From positions 22,756,001 to 22,820,000 of the forward strand of contig NC_087250.1 in NCBI RefSeq assembly GCF_037042905.1: 64,000 bases of DNA. The letters run 5' to 3'. This document shows, one piece after another, positions 51,001 to 62,137 of this stretch. The stretch comes from Lytechinus pictus. Taxonomy: Eukaryota. The notes beneath the pieces are model-generated. The model was not told where the DNA came from. It searched no databases and saw only the letters and a list, made by a program, of their open reading frames with translations. Made by a program: the position numbers and the translations under genes. The first letter of the stretch is position 1; the number at the start of each line of letters is the position of its first letter.

Positions 51001-54000
51001 CCATCATTTTTTAGGGGTGCGATTGCGCCGGCGCTTCTACCGCGCTCCTAAAAAAAAATAAGGAGAGCAAAAAATCGCGCTCCTAAAAAAAAATTATTTT
51101 AATTTAGTTGAAAACTATCAGAAAAATTAAGAATGTTCATCTCTTTCCCCGACTCTGATTTGAATTTAAACTCGGTAAATATTGTAGTCCCATATGTAGA
51201 TTTTCATGGCAAGGAATTATGGAAAATAGATGGCCATTTCATGGATTTAAAGATGTAAATTGTGAAATTTTAGCAATTTTTTATTTTTTAAATTTTTTTA
51301 GCAGGAGCGCGATATTATGTAAACGTATTGACCCAGGCCTAGTTTCACCACAGATTAATTAATAGCTACACAGCTATTGCATATACGATGTTAAGAAAAA
51401 TCTACAATTTATCATACGTGTATTTTATTGAATTGATTTGAGCTCCTCAAGGAGAGCGATTCTGAGGAGCTCAATTGAGCTCCTCAAAAAAATAAGGAGA
51501 GCGATTTATAGAGCTCCACGAAATTATAAACGTGAAGGACTGAATGAACCTGATTACACAACATTTACTTCAGGGCCCCCTTTTACAAAGAGTTGCAATC
51601 GATTTAAATGGAAGTCAAATTGAAATTGACTTGTCCTTTAATAATACCGTGAAATGGCGACCACCTCTAAAGTGGGTCCAGCTGGAATACAAGTCTTGAG
51701 GTGGCACTTTTCAAAGTGACTGAGGCATAGTGACTTTAAGTTGAAGAGTAGAATATCAAATTCATGCTTACCCTTGTTGGGGAGAGAAGAGATGGAATAA
51801 GTCGACCAACGAGGGCGTGCTTCCTGACCAGATCATCGTGAACGATCCACGGACTGTTTGGTTTGTTGCCTGCTTGAAGAGCGCTGCTTCGTATAAAGAT
51901 TTCTAGGAGATCCCTTGGCGGCAGTGGGGTGCAACGTCTTTTATGAGATCAAAAGAAAAAAATACAGTTAAACCTGTCTTGGCGGCCACCAAAATTGTCT
52001 CCCATTTGAAAGAAAATACATGTTCACCCCAACCAACTAAAGGATATTTTGTTGCTTTCCACAAGATCTAATGAAAATCACAATTTAAAAGCAAACATGT
52101 AAATGAATAATCAAGACATCAAGGTTTGTTGCTAATCTGACGCCTTGTTCTCACTGTCATTCGATCCGTTGTGAACACCACGATTGGCCTTTCGTAACTG
52201 TTCGCAATTTTTTTTTACCATTCACACATTTTCTATGATCAATACCATTACCACAAGTAATCTGATCGGATACGATATATGACATGATACGATCACTACG
52301 ATTAAGAACACAGTTCAATTGTGCGAATAGTGAAAGTGGGAACTCGGTATAAAGAATATCAAACAATCAACCCATTTGAGTTTACATGACCATCTTCTGG
52401 TCCTGCAGAGATTCGAACGATGGGGGGGGGGGGGGTTTCACAAAGAGTTAAAAGTGACTTAAAGTCACACTTAAATTGCCAGTTGCGTACAGTATAAGAG
52501 GCATCACCGCACTGGTCGAATCCTGCTATCACGATACACGCTCCTGCGTTACCAATAAGTAAGATTGTGCATTACACACCATATGCACGTAACCTTTTTT
52601 ACACTAAGTCACACTCATCTCTTTTTAAATGCCAACGCGTACATGATATGCAACGCGCAATCTAATTGATCAATACGCAATAGTGCGCGTGCTCTTTGCA
52701 TGATCTGACCAATGTGGTCATGTCTTTTATACTCCATGGTAACTAGACATTTAAAGGGATGGTACGGACTGAAAATATTTATATCTTAATACATAGAGTA
52801 GAATTCACTGAGCAAAATGTTGAAAATTTCATCAAAATCGGATAACAAATAATAAAGTTATTGAAGTTTAAAGTTAAGCAATATTTTTTTTAAACATTCG
52901 TCATGAATATTCATTAGGTGGGCTGATGATGTCACATCTCCACTTTCAATTTTCTTATGTTATTACATAAAATCATATTTTTATTATTTCATACTTGTGT
53001 GAATTATATGTCTCCCTTATAATGAAATAATTTGCAGCAATAAATATCTAATGCACTATTCAGTTGTCAATCCAATTTTTCTAGTTCTTGGAGGAAAAAA
53101 TTTGAACAAAACTAATTTTATATAACAAAATACAAAAGAGCAAGTGGGGATGTGACATCATCAGCCCACCTAATGAATATTCATGACGACTGTTTCCACA
53201 AAATATTGCTTAACTTTAAAATTCAATAACTTCGTTATTTGTTATCCGATTTTGATGAGATTTTCGGCATTTTGCTCAGTGAATCATAGGCTATAAATAC
53301 TTTCACCCCGGACCATCCCTTAAAGCGTGACTCTAAGTATACTTTAAATCTTTGTGAAACACCCCCTCCCCTAGGTTTTTTATAACTGGAATAGGACTCA
53401 CATAAGATCAGAGCCAGGAATTGAGCTGATAATCTTCTCCTCATTTTCCAGCTGGATGCTGTACCTATATACTGGGCTCTGAAAGAAAAAGAAAAAAAGG
53501 TTGCCAGTTTGAATATTTAAATTAGTGCTGCAAGTCAGGCGGCATGTTTGGGTTCGGTTCGGCAGGGTTCGGCAATTTTTTTCCGAACTTTGGTTCGGTT
53601 CGGGGTTCGGCTATTAATGCTAAAATTAAATTATTAATATAAAATAAGGAAATGCCGACCCTCGAACAGATAATCTCGACAAAGATATGTCATATATTTA
53701 TAATAAATTTTGTTTCTAAAAAGAATAGTTATAAAAAATTGTTGCATAACTTTCTTTTATTTATTTTAATCTTTAAACAAAAATAAGAGTCACTTCTACT
53801 TTCATTTTAAAAATTAAATAAAAAAAAACAAAGCAGTTCGGCTACAGCACTAATATAAATAGTGATCAAATATACACTGCATTGCCATGTAACATCAGTC
53901 AATGATGAAAATACATTTAACTCTGCCATAGTTTCTATATCATTCTATAAAAGAATGCTGTACTTACAAACTACACTCTCAAAATATTATAGCCAAAAAA

Positions 54001-56577
54001 GGAGATAAAAAGGAGAGTAAATTCCGGGGGCACAGAAGGCGGCGTCAACTGTCACTTGAAAGGAAAGCTCTTTATTTTTCACCTAAGCCTCAGGCAACTA
54101 ACTGGAAAATCAGAATCATTTTCTTTCCAATATTATGATTATGTTCTTTAAAGTACTTAAATTGGCAACAAATTGCAACAATTGAAAAATAATTCTGAAG
54201 ATGTTCGTCATCGCGGAGAAATTAATAGAGTTGACTGATCAGTTGTCTCACGAAGTGGTTGAAACTGTATTAAGAGAGTTCATGTTTCGTTGGCTGCTGC
54301 TCAACTTTGACAAGTGATGGAGACTAGTGTGACTGTTGCCATTTTTATGAATGTTAGGGATAAAAAATCGCATAAAAAGTAATGATTCTACATACTTGGT
54401 TCTTCTTCTTGGTCTTGGATGATAGTCCCTCATCAGACGAGTTTCCATGGTTCTCCTTGTCACTAGAGGGCGAACCACTGACGCTTGCTACCTGAAATAG
54501 TCAACATATGAGAAGTTTTTAATGACATGTTTTTTGTTTGAAGAATCTATCATGACCACCACTATCATGAACACCACCGACACCACCACCACCACCACTA
54601 TCATGATCACTACCAACACCACCACCACCAACACCACCACCACCACCATCATCACCATATTTATGATCACTACTAAATGTTTCACCACCACCATAATCAT
54701 CACCACCACCATCATCATAGAATTCATGACCACCACCAGCACAACGCCATCACCATCACATTCAGTGCACTTACCCCCGATGAGCTGTCTCGTTCTATTT
54801 TGACAATGTCCCCTCTGAATCTAAAGAAAAACGTAAAGAAAGCAGTATGAATGAAATGAATAGTTGGAAATCAAAATGAAGTTAATTTCAACGATGCACA
54901 ACAAATATTTCATTGATCTGATCTCATTAACACTCTTAACCAAGATGTTAAATGATTTGTTTATCGATAAACACCATGTTTGATTTTAATAATACTATCC
55001 ATTGACCCTAGAACAAGAACAAGCCAAGCAGCAGTTCTACATGTATTCATTGGAATTCTGCTTTTCTTTTGGAAATATAAAATTTATCATGATAAATTAG
55101 ACATGTATTGAATTTTACTTACAATCGACCCTTCACTTTGACCTTGAGCTCGACCTTCTCTCCAAGAGCAAAGGTTGAATTGAGGATATGTGTAATCTCC
55201 TGCACCAGGCTTTCCAATGAACTTGCACCTGTAATGAAACCATACACAGATCATAATCACACATTTTGGGATGTGAAATTAATGAGTGCCTGTTCAGATA
55301 TTCGTCCACATCAAGTTATAGCAGTACCTAAGCATTGTCTTGGATTACATGTACGTATATTACTTTTGTTGTCGATTTATGTTTTCCTTTATGTCTTTAT
55401 TTTTACTATTGGATTTTTGTATTTTTAAATGTATGAGTACTGGACCCCTCTGAAGAACAGGCTGTGGCTTAAGAGGGACATCCAGCCCACGGGTGGAAAA
55501 TAAATAAAATATCTAGACACTTCAATAAAGTAATAGCATCAAGAGCATGAAAATATACAAACTTGTTCATCCATTACTCCTCGCACCAGGGAAAAAATTG
55601 CACGGGGGCTGGGGCATTCAGCCCCCCATAAGCTCAAAAGAGCCCCGGAAAATCCCAATTCACTCTTATGATAAACCTTATCCTAAGCTGCAGATTAAGA
55701 CAGTTGGTTATGAGAAGTCAGTAGCCCCCCTCCCCCCCCAAAAAAAAAAAATTGCCCGATAATAATTATGTGACTTATAAAGCGCCAAATCCACTCTGTA
55801 GAGTGCTCAAGGCGCATAAAGAGCTAAGAGTTGAATAGAAAAGTTTTTAGAAGATATTTTAAAGTTTAAACAGAGGTACATTTTTGTATGTCTTTAGGAA
55901 GGCTATTCCACAAAGTGGGGCATGCAAAAGCAAATTATCTCCCCCCCCAGGTTTTTGAAACTTTTGGAATAACAAGGAAGCCAGAAGTGGATGAGCGCAA
56001 AGACCTGCTTGGTCTGTAGTAATTGATAACTGAAAGACTGTATTGTGGTGCTGATCCAAGAATACTATGAAAAGCAAGCAACAAAATCTAAGATAATCCG
56101 ATTTTCGATAGGGAGCCAGTGCAGCGAATTCAAGATGGGAGTGATATGAGAGCGTTTATTTGACAAAGTGACGATGCGAGCAGCTGCATTCTGAAGCTTC
56201 TGAAGCTTATATAACTGAGCCTGCGGTAAATTGAACAAAAGGAAATCAAGGCGGGAGGAAATCAAGGCATGTACTATCTTTTCGGTCGCAGACTTTGATA
56301 AATATTTCCAGATTAAACCTAGGTTACGTAGATGGTACCGATGCGCCTCAATGGCAAGTGTAGACCAAGTTGAGCTTCATCGAGCACGCCGAGCCCCTAC
56401 TTACTGTGATGCACATGCTGCAGGATTGGTTTCTCAAACTGGGTCGGAAAACCTTGAAGACGTTGCTTGGCGACGACCTCCGACATTTGTGCTTCCTCAA
56501 AGGTCAGGCCGGTCTGCCCTGTGCACTGGCATGTCCACAGTGACTTGGCATACACCTCAAGTTGGTTGTCATAGTCA
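24658..56577 (-). CDS. BAZ1B: BAZ1B/WSTF (WAC-DDT-WHIM-PHD-bromodomain ISWI partner), 27 spliced exons, 5'-partial
   Basis: All 27 exons have GT-AG boundaries with compatible phases (5368 nt, one open frame to the stop). WSTF-type motifs SPSSDKEN, AKLVLRKQPIGYDRNHSRYWIFS..PGLFIEKGW, KFLQGKMAP and PHD FHLFCLRPAL favour BAZ1B over BAZ1A. Confidence 0.93.
25082..25700. repeat. (TAC)n compound microsatellite in the last BAZ1B intron
   Basis: About 600 bp of TAC/TGC/CAC triplets. Confidence 0.95.
25786..25929 (-). CDS. BAZ1B: BAZ1B exon (bromodomain core)
   Basis: VPNYKKLIKNPMDLQVMKTKCESEDYSRYHQFFDDVQLMFNNATKMYD. Confidence 0.93.
26134..26293. mobile_element. CWG-flanked MITE; related copies at about 41937-42113 and 45643-45822
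   Basis: ggggccgtttcataaagctgttcgtaag...cttacaaagagctttatgaaatacc. Confidence 0.75.
26713..26790 (-). CDS. BAZ1B: BAZ1B exon (bromodomain, N-terminal part)
   Basis: AADGVISKMLKYRDSKPLRQPPTKSE. Confidence 0.87.
27646..27951 (-). CDS. BAZ1B: BAZ1B exon (acidic/basic PHD-bromo linker)
   Basis: PSTVRAVRNRNYAEIESESSEEEE...PKLDIE. Confidence 0.9.
28074..28522. mobile_element. hAT-like MITE
   Basis: Perfect 14-bp TIR cagacctgccaacc / ggttggcaggtctg; TSD imperfect. Confidence 0.7.
28715..29230. repeat. Tandem repeat (about 130 bp, 4 copies) of the PHD exon 3' end plus its donor site
   Basis: ctccctacccct at 28741, 28871, 29002 and 29132. Confidence 0.9.
29183..29460 (-). CDS. BAZ1B: BAZ1B exon (PHD finger)
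   Basis: C4HC3 finger CKICRRKGNEDKVIMCDKCNQPFHLFCLRPALADFPTGEWMCPAC. Confidence 0.95.
30126..30252 (-). CDS. BAZ1B: BAZ1B exon (possible internal alternative donor after 30201)
   Basis: KPLLIESQACVNLKFLQGKMAPTKPKPKIGYHYEDEDGNQAE. Confidence 0.82.
31275..31987. mobile_element. piggyBac-like MITE nested in the 31029-32030 MITE
   Basis: TTAA|ccc...ggg|TTAA; TIR cccgaaaagaactgg / ccagtccttttaggg. Confidence 0.8.
32095..32263 (-). CDS. BAZ1B: BAZ1B exon
   Basis: SSQQLRDSDGPRELLDSFKEDLKDIETHIRQGNLGG...KEL. Confidence 0.9.
32200..32880. repeat. Degenerate tandem copies of an exon start, its acceptor and a tRNA-like SINE head
   Basis: About 5 copies of gctcagtggataagt; exon-derived gaaggagtc..ggaccgtc..aatca recurs at about 32360 and 32600. 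Confidence 0.75.
33081..34325. mobile_element. Second Helentron-type element, interrupted by a Kolobok-like MITE at 33661-34254
   Basis: Same termini as 22238-23220; insert is TTAA|aggggaatcca...tggattcccct|TTAA. Confidence 0.75.
34370..34534 (-). CDS. BAZ1B: BAZ1B exon (WHIM3/WSD)
   Basis: FPKIGQNMWFQYDTIKELESLQTILDNRGIRESAL...AARR. Confidence 0.92.
35390..35634 (-). CDS. BAZ1B: BAZ1B exon (WHIM2/WSD)
   Basis: EGMDNAKLVLRKQPIGYDRNHSRYWIFSSVVPGLFIEKGW. Confidence 0.93.
36602..36668 (-). CDS. BAZ1B: BAZ1B exon
   Basis: RLKEQEELRKQKEEEQFEKTFK; phases 2/0. Confidence 0.85.
36986..37160 (-). CDS. BAZ1B: BAZ1B exon
   Basis: DISSKPVPK...DLASVVKRRRLLAAKTKAERE. Confidence 0.87.
37428..37582 (-). 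CDS. BAZ1B: BAZ1B exon (coiled coil)
   Basis: NDRAKAQMEKNKLKKEE...EEKQ. Confidence 0.87.
38638..38795 (-). CDS. BAZ1B: BAZ1B exon (WHIM1)
   Basis: PQDLIEQLESCEFFELEPTEKLTIMVCLCHRILASYAV...ATLW. Confidence 0.9.
39436..39603 (-). CDS. BAZ1B: BAZ1B exon
   Basis: DYTELDISLSEIPVNMHTCSELLRLSLRKSD...DV. Confidence 0.9.
40476..40579 (-). CDS. BAZ1B: BAZ1B exon (DDT domain)
   Basis: DSLMKALVCGKEGFAYLARVLVILLKTLLQDKIAE. Confidence 0.92.
42249..42417 (-). CDS. BAZ1B: BAZ1B exon (DDT domain)
   Basis: RFEDQDL...PDGIPNPLFGDVAMVVEFLDCFSGLL. Confidence 0.92.
42880..43325. repeat. Minisatellite, about 33-bp unit, about 14 copies
   Basis: catcctttcctatacagcaatgctaaaaaattg-like units. Confidence 0.85.
43362..43739. 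mobile_element. hAT5-like MITE (5-bp TSD)
   Basis: AACAT|caggg...ccctg|AACAT with repeated aaattccct sub-terminal motifs. Confidence 0.65.
43811..43961 (-). CDS. BAZ1B: BAZ1B exon (coiled coil)
   Basis: KQMTPEERQKEMDAKKEE...RMERAK. Confidence 0.88.
44519..45284. mobile_element. piggyBac-like MITE; truncated copy at about 57519-57780
   Basis: TTAA|ccctatctaggccgggg...ccccggcctagataggg|TTAA. Confidence 0.85.
45309..45467 (-). CDS. BAZ1B: BAZ1B exon
   Basis: LLRAKKLNDKPTYSALLLKAAKILSEKEC...KEKKRW. Confidence 0.88.
46632..46777 (-). CDS. BAZ1B: BAZ1B exon
   Basis: KHLKQATLFDITKTQSGQKK...PPIAIK; cAG/GTAAGT. Confidence 0.85.
48017..48148 (-). CDS. BAZ1B: BAZ1B exon (H1-tail-like)
   Basis: ASPKASPKKTPVKAAAKATPTKKTPVKKTTSPTKASKSPAASAK; phases 0/0. 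Confidence 0.85.
48341..48946. mobile_element. PIF/Harbinger-like MITE carrying a SINE insertion
   Basis: TTA|agcctgtctc...gagacaggct|TTA. Confidence 0.75.
48541..48750 (-). mobile_element. tRNA-derived SINE with a (CAC)n tail
   Basis: Minus strand GGCGCGGTAGCTCAGTCGGTAGAGC...GGGTTCGATTCCC; A and B boxes intact, acceptor stem unpaired. Confidence 0.8.
49630..50907 (-). CDS. BAZ1B: BAZ1B large exon (426 codons, Lys-rich, TPKK repeats)
   Basis: Open 1278-nt phase 0/0 exon, catAG/GTCAGT; contains ORF 49555..50745. Confidence 0.85.
50997..51542. mobile_element. P-element-like MITE (7-bp TSD)
   Basis: AATGAAC|cagaccatca...tgaaggactg|AATGAAC. Confidence 0.55.
51772..51937 (-). CDS. BAZ1B: BAZ1B exon
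   Basis: RCTPLPPRDLLEIFIRSSALQAGNKPNSPWIVHDDLVRKH...PTR. Confidence 0.88.
53402..53478 (-). CDS. BAZ1B: BAZ1B exon
   Basis: SPVYRYSIQLENEEKIISSIPGSDL; cAG/GTGAGT. Confidence 0.88.
53523..53852. mobile_element. hAT-like MITE
   Basis: tagtgctg / cagcacta termini, 7/8 TSD match (atttaaat / atataaat), gttcgg sub-terminal repeats. Confidence 0.65.
54396..54491 (-). CDS. BAZ1B: BAZ1B exon
   Basis: VASVSGSPSSDKENHGNSSDEGLSSKTKKKNQ. Confidence 0.88.
54775..54820 (-). CDS. BAZ1B: BAZ1B exon
   Basis: FRGDIVKIERDSSSG; tttAG/GTAAGT; phases 2/0. Confidence 0.8.
55123..55228 (-). CDS. BAZ1B: BAZ1B exon (end of WAC domain)
   Basis: SASSLESLVQEITHILNSTFALGEKVELKVKVKGRL; phases 1/2. Confidence 0.88.
55760..56355 (-). 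mobile_element. 5'-truncated, degraded L2/CR1-type LINE (end of ORF2 plus 3' tail)
   Basis: HALISSRLD...LQKLQNAAARIV...HITPILNSLHWLPI with frameshifts; 3' end gcgccttgagcact...ggcgctttataag-(tta)n. Confidence 0.85.
56405..56577 (-). CDS. BAZ1B: BAZ1B exon (WAC domain)
   Basis: DYDNQLEVYAKSLWTCQCTGQTGLTFEEA...PILQHVHH; cAG/GTAAGT. Confidence 0.92.
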
Positions 56578-56712
56578 CTGATAGATAGAGAATGGGCGTG
56601 GTCAAGGAATACAATATAAATAAATGGTCTGGGGAGGATTTCATCAACATTCTGGTCCCATAAAGCTGTCAGATCGGACAACTTTTCTTGATTTTGATTG
56701 GATGATAAGCCA

Positions 56713-57520
<808 letters not shown>

Positions 57521-58418
57521 CAGGCCCCCTCCCCCCTTGAGATCACGGCCATCGATCGCGCCGAAAATTGGCACGCAGGTTGCCTGGAACGTAATCTACA
57601 AAATTCTGTATTAATTATTTCATGCAAATCGCTATTAACTGACTACGCTAATTTATGCGTAATTAGTATGCAAAATCATACTTCTTCCTCTAATTACCTA
57701 AATAAAGCTCCAAATATTCTAATTTTTGGTGTAGAAAGTCTTTGTGGTGTTCTTAGCAAAGGAACGTGAAAAATTGCAATAAAAGTTTGTTGTACATATG
57801 GCTGAAAAAATAATTAAAAATATTGGTAAAGATTTTCACGAAAATCCATTAAGATCAAGAAAGTAACTAGAATTTTAAGTTTTGGATTGGATTTGTGACG
57901 TCATAAACGATCAGCTGCCCTATATGTTATTAAATGCACAAATTTCAATGTTTTAGTGGTTCATCAATAGAGCTGCTGGTCTGAAAATTGGGATTGTCCC
58001 AGAAAACAAGGGATATGCTCATAAACCAAGACAAATCATGTCTTGATAAATTGAGATTGTCCTTGTTTATGGGGACAGTTTTTGTTTTCGCTTACCCCTG
58101 CAGGACATAGACAGCAATTTCAGGGATTGAGAGTGCTAAAAATATATTCAGTGACCTCAATCCCCCCCTGTTCACCGTCTATTTTTCACGACTTGCAATC
58201 TTCCAATTATCTTGCAATAAAACCTGATATGTTTACATTGACTAGCTCACTTGATTTGTGTCGGCACTTGATAGGTGAATGAACTTTCCTATTTAGTATC
58301 TAGCTAACCTCGCACTAGTGTGAGTGCTTGATTTCTTATCTTGTGTACAACATGGAGAAATCTGTGAAAACTGAGACAGTCCCTGTAAACTGGGATGATC
58401 CCAGTTGTTGGACCAGCG

Positions 58419-59627
58419 CACAGTGGGCCAGAATGAGTTGAAAGTGCACCAAAATTATATACCGTGTTATACTTTATTATTTCAATTTGTTGATTAAGGG
58501 TACTTTTGGGCGTAGAATCGACAGAACATAATTTAAAGCCGATATGACGTCACTTTGATACCAAATTCTGATTGGCTACTTAAAACCTATCTGTGAAAAG
58601 ACAAATTACGCTAAACAATGTGCAGTATATAAACTTTGAGTTATGTGTTACTTTAAGATTGACCAGAGTGAATGATGGTTTATGCTTCTCACATGCCTAA
58701 AAGTGTGTATGAGATCCTGAAAATAATTTTATGGCATCAAAATGATTAGATTTAAAAAATAAAAAAACTTAAAAATCTGAAAAATATTAACCGTGCTTTA
58801 TCAAGCGGCGTAGACTTGGGTAAAACGCAGAGTATATAACACCACAAATGTTTTACTATGAGGAGGGCTTTTGGCTGAAATTACAAGTAACTTTTATCTC
58901 TGGAAGAGGGGCGGGTAACCCTAATATGCGTAATCAACCTATATTTTGTTTGCATTATGCCCGGAATTCATGTCATTTCATGGAATGGAAGGGGAATCGT
59001 CCTCGCCGTGCAAAAATGAACGGCAATGTACACCCCACACGGTGCCCTGCGATGACTGCGCGGTATGAAAATGACCGTTTTTGAACAGGTTTTGGGGGTG
59101 TTGTGTCAAGTAAAATCGGCTTTAACATGAAAACGGGCAAAAACCGGCAGCTAAATTTGGTATCAACTTAAAGGTTAGAAATCTAGCAAAATGATGATAG
59201 AATTTAAACGGAAATCCACCGAAATCCAAAGGTTTCTAATGTTAATGCAAAAAACATGGATTATCAGCCTATTTCGAGGAATAATTATCCTATAAACCTC
59301 CTGAAATGTGTCTTTTATCTAATTTGAACCCTTCCACACGAAAAAAGAATATCAGGATCTTGTGGGTGCCATTTCAGATTCCTACATAAAAAACCTCCTG
59401 TGAAATGGCTTGTAAAATTCTACATATAGTTATAGGCGGCATTCCGCAAAATGTCACATTTTACGATTTGAGGTAGGAAATTAACCTCTATGCAAATTCC
59501 CGAATGAAATATTTTGCTGAAGTATTCTTCAAAGTGTTGTCTTTCAGCTGGGCATGACAAAAATTAAAAATCTGAAATTGCCCAAAATGACTTTTGGCGC
59601 ACTTTTGTTTCGCCCCGGCCCACTGTG
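58419..59627. mobile_element. Non-autonomous Transib-like DNA transposon
   Basis: CAGCG|CACAGTGGGCC...GGCCCACTGTG|CAGCG: perfect 5-bp GC-rich TSD and CACAGTG termini; no transposase ORF. Confidence 0.85.
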
Positions 59628-59763
59628 CAGCGCCCCTTGCCCCCTACTATTCATGATGACTTAATTTTGTTTTCTTTCGAGAAAAAGGTGCAAAATCATT
59701 TGTCTATTGTTATTCTGAAGCCCAGGAAGTTCACTCATTCAATGAACAAGGTTATGACATAAC

Positions 59764-60556
59764 TAGGGACAGTGATTTTCCGTTTCAAAAAATTGCCTTT
59801 TCCGTTTCAGAAAATTTCAAATTCTGTTTCAGCATGTCAGAAAACGGAAATTCCGTTTCCCCATAGACTTTGTACACATGGAAAAGTGACAATTCCGTTT
59901 ACACATTGAATAGCAAAATCACAACACGTACACTCGCAATTTGTATCTGCTACTGTACCTACATCACAATAGAATCCGTTCTAATCGGATCTATGCGGGT
60001 GCATAAAATATTTTTACAAACCCATTTAGCATGCATACATCCTCACCTTTCACATTATTAGCATTATTTCACGGTGAAATGATATTTCATCGATAATTTT
60101 GGGGTTTTTTGGACATCGTTATCATCAGTCAACGGCTTTTGCCAATCCGCCATCTTGGATTTTAAGACCACGATATCGTGCTGTTACATCTTCAAACGTA
60201 GAGGGCAGCAACACACGACTGTGTAGTTGAACGATATGTGTGCATGTGAAGCCCAACGTGCAACCCGGCCGGCCGGGTACGGGGTACAATCGAGTGTGCT
60301 GATGTCGATCGAGTGCAGTCACGATGTGTGAATTGTCATGATAGTAGCGAAGTGAGATCGTGTTTTCTGGGGTTTTGTGGCCATTTAATATTCTTGTTTT
60401 GTTGTGATTTTTTAGTAATTTCTGTTGCTATTCTGTGTATTTTGAGGGAAAATACGTTTTCCGTGATTTTCCGTTTGAAATGCCACTTTCCGTTTCAAAA
60501 GGCCCTTTCCGTGAATTCTGTCCGTTTTCCGCGATTGCGGAAAATCACTGTCCCTA
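59764..60556. mobile_element. hAT6-like non-autonomous element (6-bp TSD)
   Basis: CATAAC|tagggacagtgattttccg...cggaaaatcactgtcccta|CATAAC; many ttccgttt sub-terminal repeats. Confidence 0.8.
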
Positions 60557-61129
60557 CATAACCTTGTTCTCTGTTACTACTCCCTGGGAGGGGAAATAAG
60601 GTTGGCAATGTTTGACTTACTTTCTCTTGTTCTTGGGGACCCTTGGGGACAAATGATTGTTTTATGCTGTCAGTTTCCATTACAGCTATTTCATCATAAA
60701 ACTTGGATCTTAAAGGGGTGGTCCAGGCCAGGTTTAATTTATATCCACTAGATAGACAAAAACCTCTTTCCTATACTATATTTTTTTAAAGAAATAAGAG
60801 GAACAGTTATTTTTTATTGAATTTTCAATTTTGCCAAAATCATATTCTGGCACGAGTCTGTACGATCCCAGAATGCAATGCGCAGCTTTTTCTGTGACGT
60901 AGCATCTCCACTTTGGCTTCGCTGGCTGCTGCTACGAGCGCGAGCGAGCTAGCTAGCTAGCTAGCTATCGCTCGCACGTATGCGTATAGATCATCAGCGC
61001 CGGCCGCATACATACGGTATTAATTAGCTACATGTAGTTTTCGACTTGCATTGATTGCGGTCACCGTCGACCCTGTAATTCACAATTTGTTTGTTTCTCG
61101 CCGTTTATTTCATAATTTGAACAATTAAT

Positions 61130-61296
61130 ATGTCGGGTCCTGCGGGATATGCATTCCAACCAAGGTGGAATGCGGAAGAGTTGGAGAACCGTCGAAGAAT
61201 AGAAGTACAGCAGCCAGCGGCCGATCGAGTGGGGAGAAATGACTGGTGTCGGTGCGGGAACTGCCCGGTGATGCCGACGGCCAGAGAGAGCATTTG
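61130..61296 (+). pseudogene. Truncated KolX-like (P2X7 ballast/nanor-like Cys-rich) ORF of the Kolobok element
   Basis: MSGPAGYAFQPRW...RVGRNDWCRCGNCPVMPTARESI, broken just before the expected CC. Confidence 0.7.
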
Positions 61297-61482
61297 GTCC
61301 TCGCAAACGACTCTACTCGCGTTATATTTGTGTGTTTTTATGTCAAACTTGTCAGTCCCAATATTGTGAAGCCACTGGGCACATCTCTCTCGATCTCGGA
61401 TCGGATTTGGTATAGAAAACGCACTTTTATGGTTATTTTCTCCCGGCCGAACCGAGCAGCCGTATGCCTGACACATAGGCAT
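61295..61482 (-). pseudogene. Truncated THAP zinc finger (N-terminus of the transposase)
   Basis: MPMCQAYGC...FSIP...RCAQWL...VCED: C2CH THAP pattern broken at the expected His-Phe. Confidence 0.8.
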
Positions 61483-62137
61483 ATTGCAGCTGTGAGACGT
61501 CGCGCGCTGGATTGTTGCGAAACCAAAGTGGAGATGGTACGTCACAGTCACGTGACCGATCTCGCTACATGTGCGCGAAATTTAATTCTTTTTGCCCCAA
61601 ATAACCGTGACAAGAAATGCTCTTAAAAATCTCCAAAGTCGAGTAAGGAGATAATACTTTTTGAAATGGCTCCTGTAATTATTTACTACGGGCTAAATAT
61701 TTTTTGGAGCTGGCCTGGACCACCCCTTTAAGTAAATTGAATTCTTTTAATTACTGTTTATGAAGTTATTGGCACTTTGACACTCATCCAAACTTTCTCA
61801 TTCTTTTGTTTCTTGTGCGCCTCGGAATAAAATATTTCTAGATAGATGGCGCTATATAAATGCCTATCATTATTATGAATTAAAAATAGAGATTGAAAAA
61901 TGACAATTTTCTGGCAATATTACTTTCCACCAAAAGAGGGCATACACAAAATATGCCAAAAATTCAGGTTTTTGAGCGCTCTGGTGAATACAAAAATAAT
62001 CTCCAGGTTACTAATGAAAAAATAAGTTGCAACTGTAGGCCTATGGAAATTGATATTTTTGGATACAAAAGTGATAATTTAATGAACTTTTTAAGTGTGT
62101 CCTGTGTACTGCATTGGCATACCATAGATCTACGGCT

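Larger units (their letters stand above)
60714..61727. mobile_element. Internally deleted Kolobok transposon
   Basis: TTAA TSD; perfect 18-bp TIR aggggtggtccaggccag; convergent KolX-like (+) and THAP (-) ORF stumps. Confidence 0.85.
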
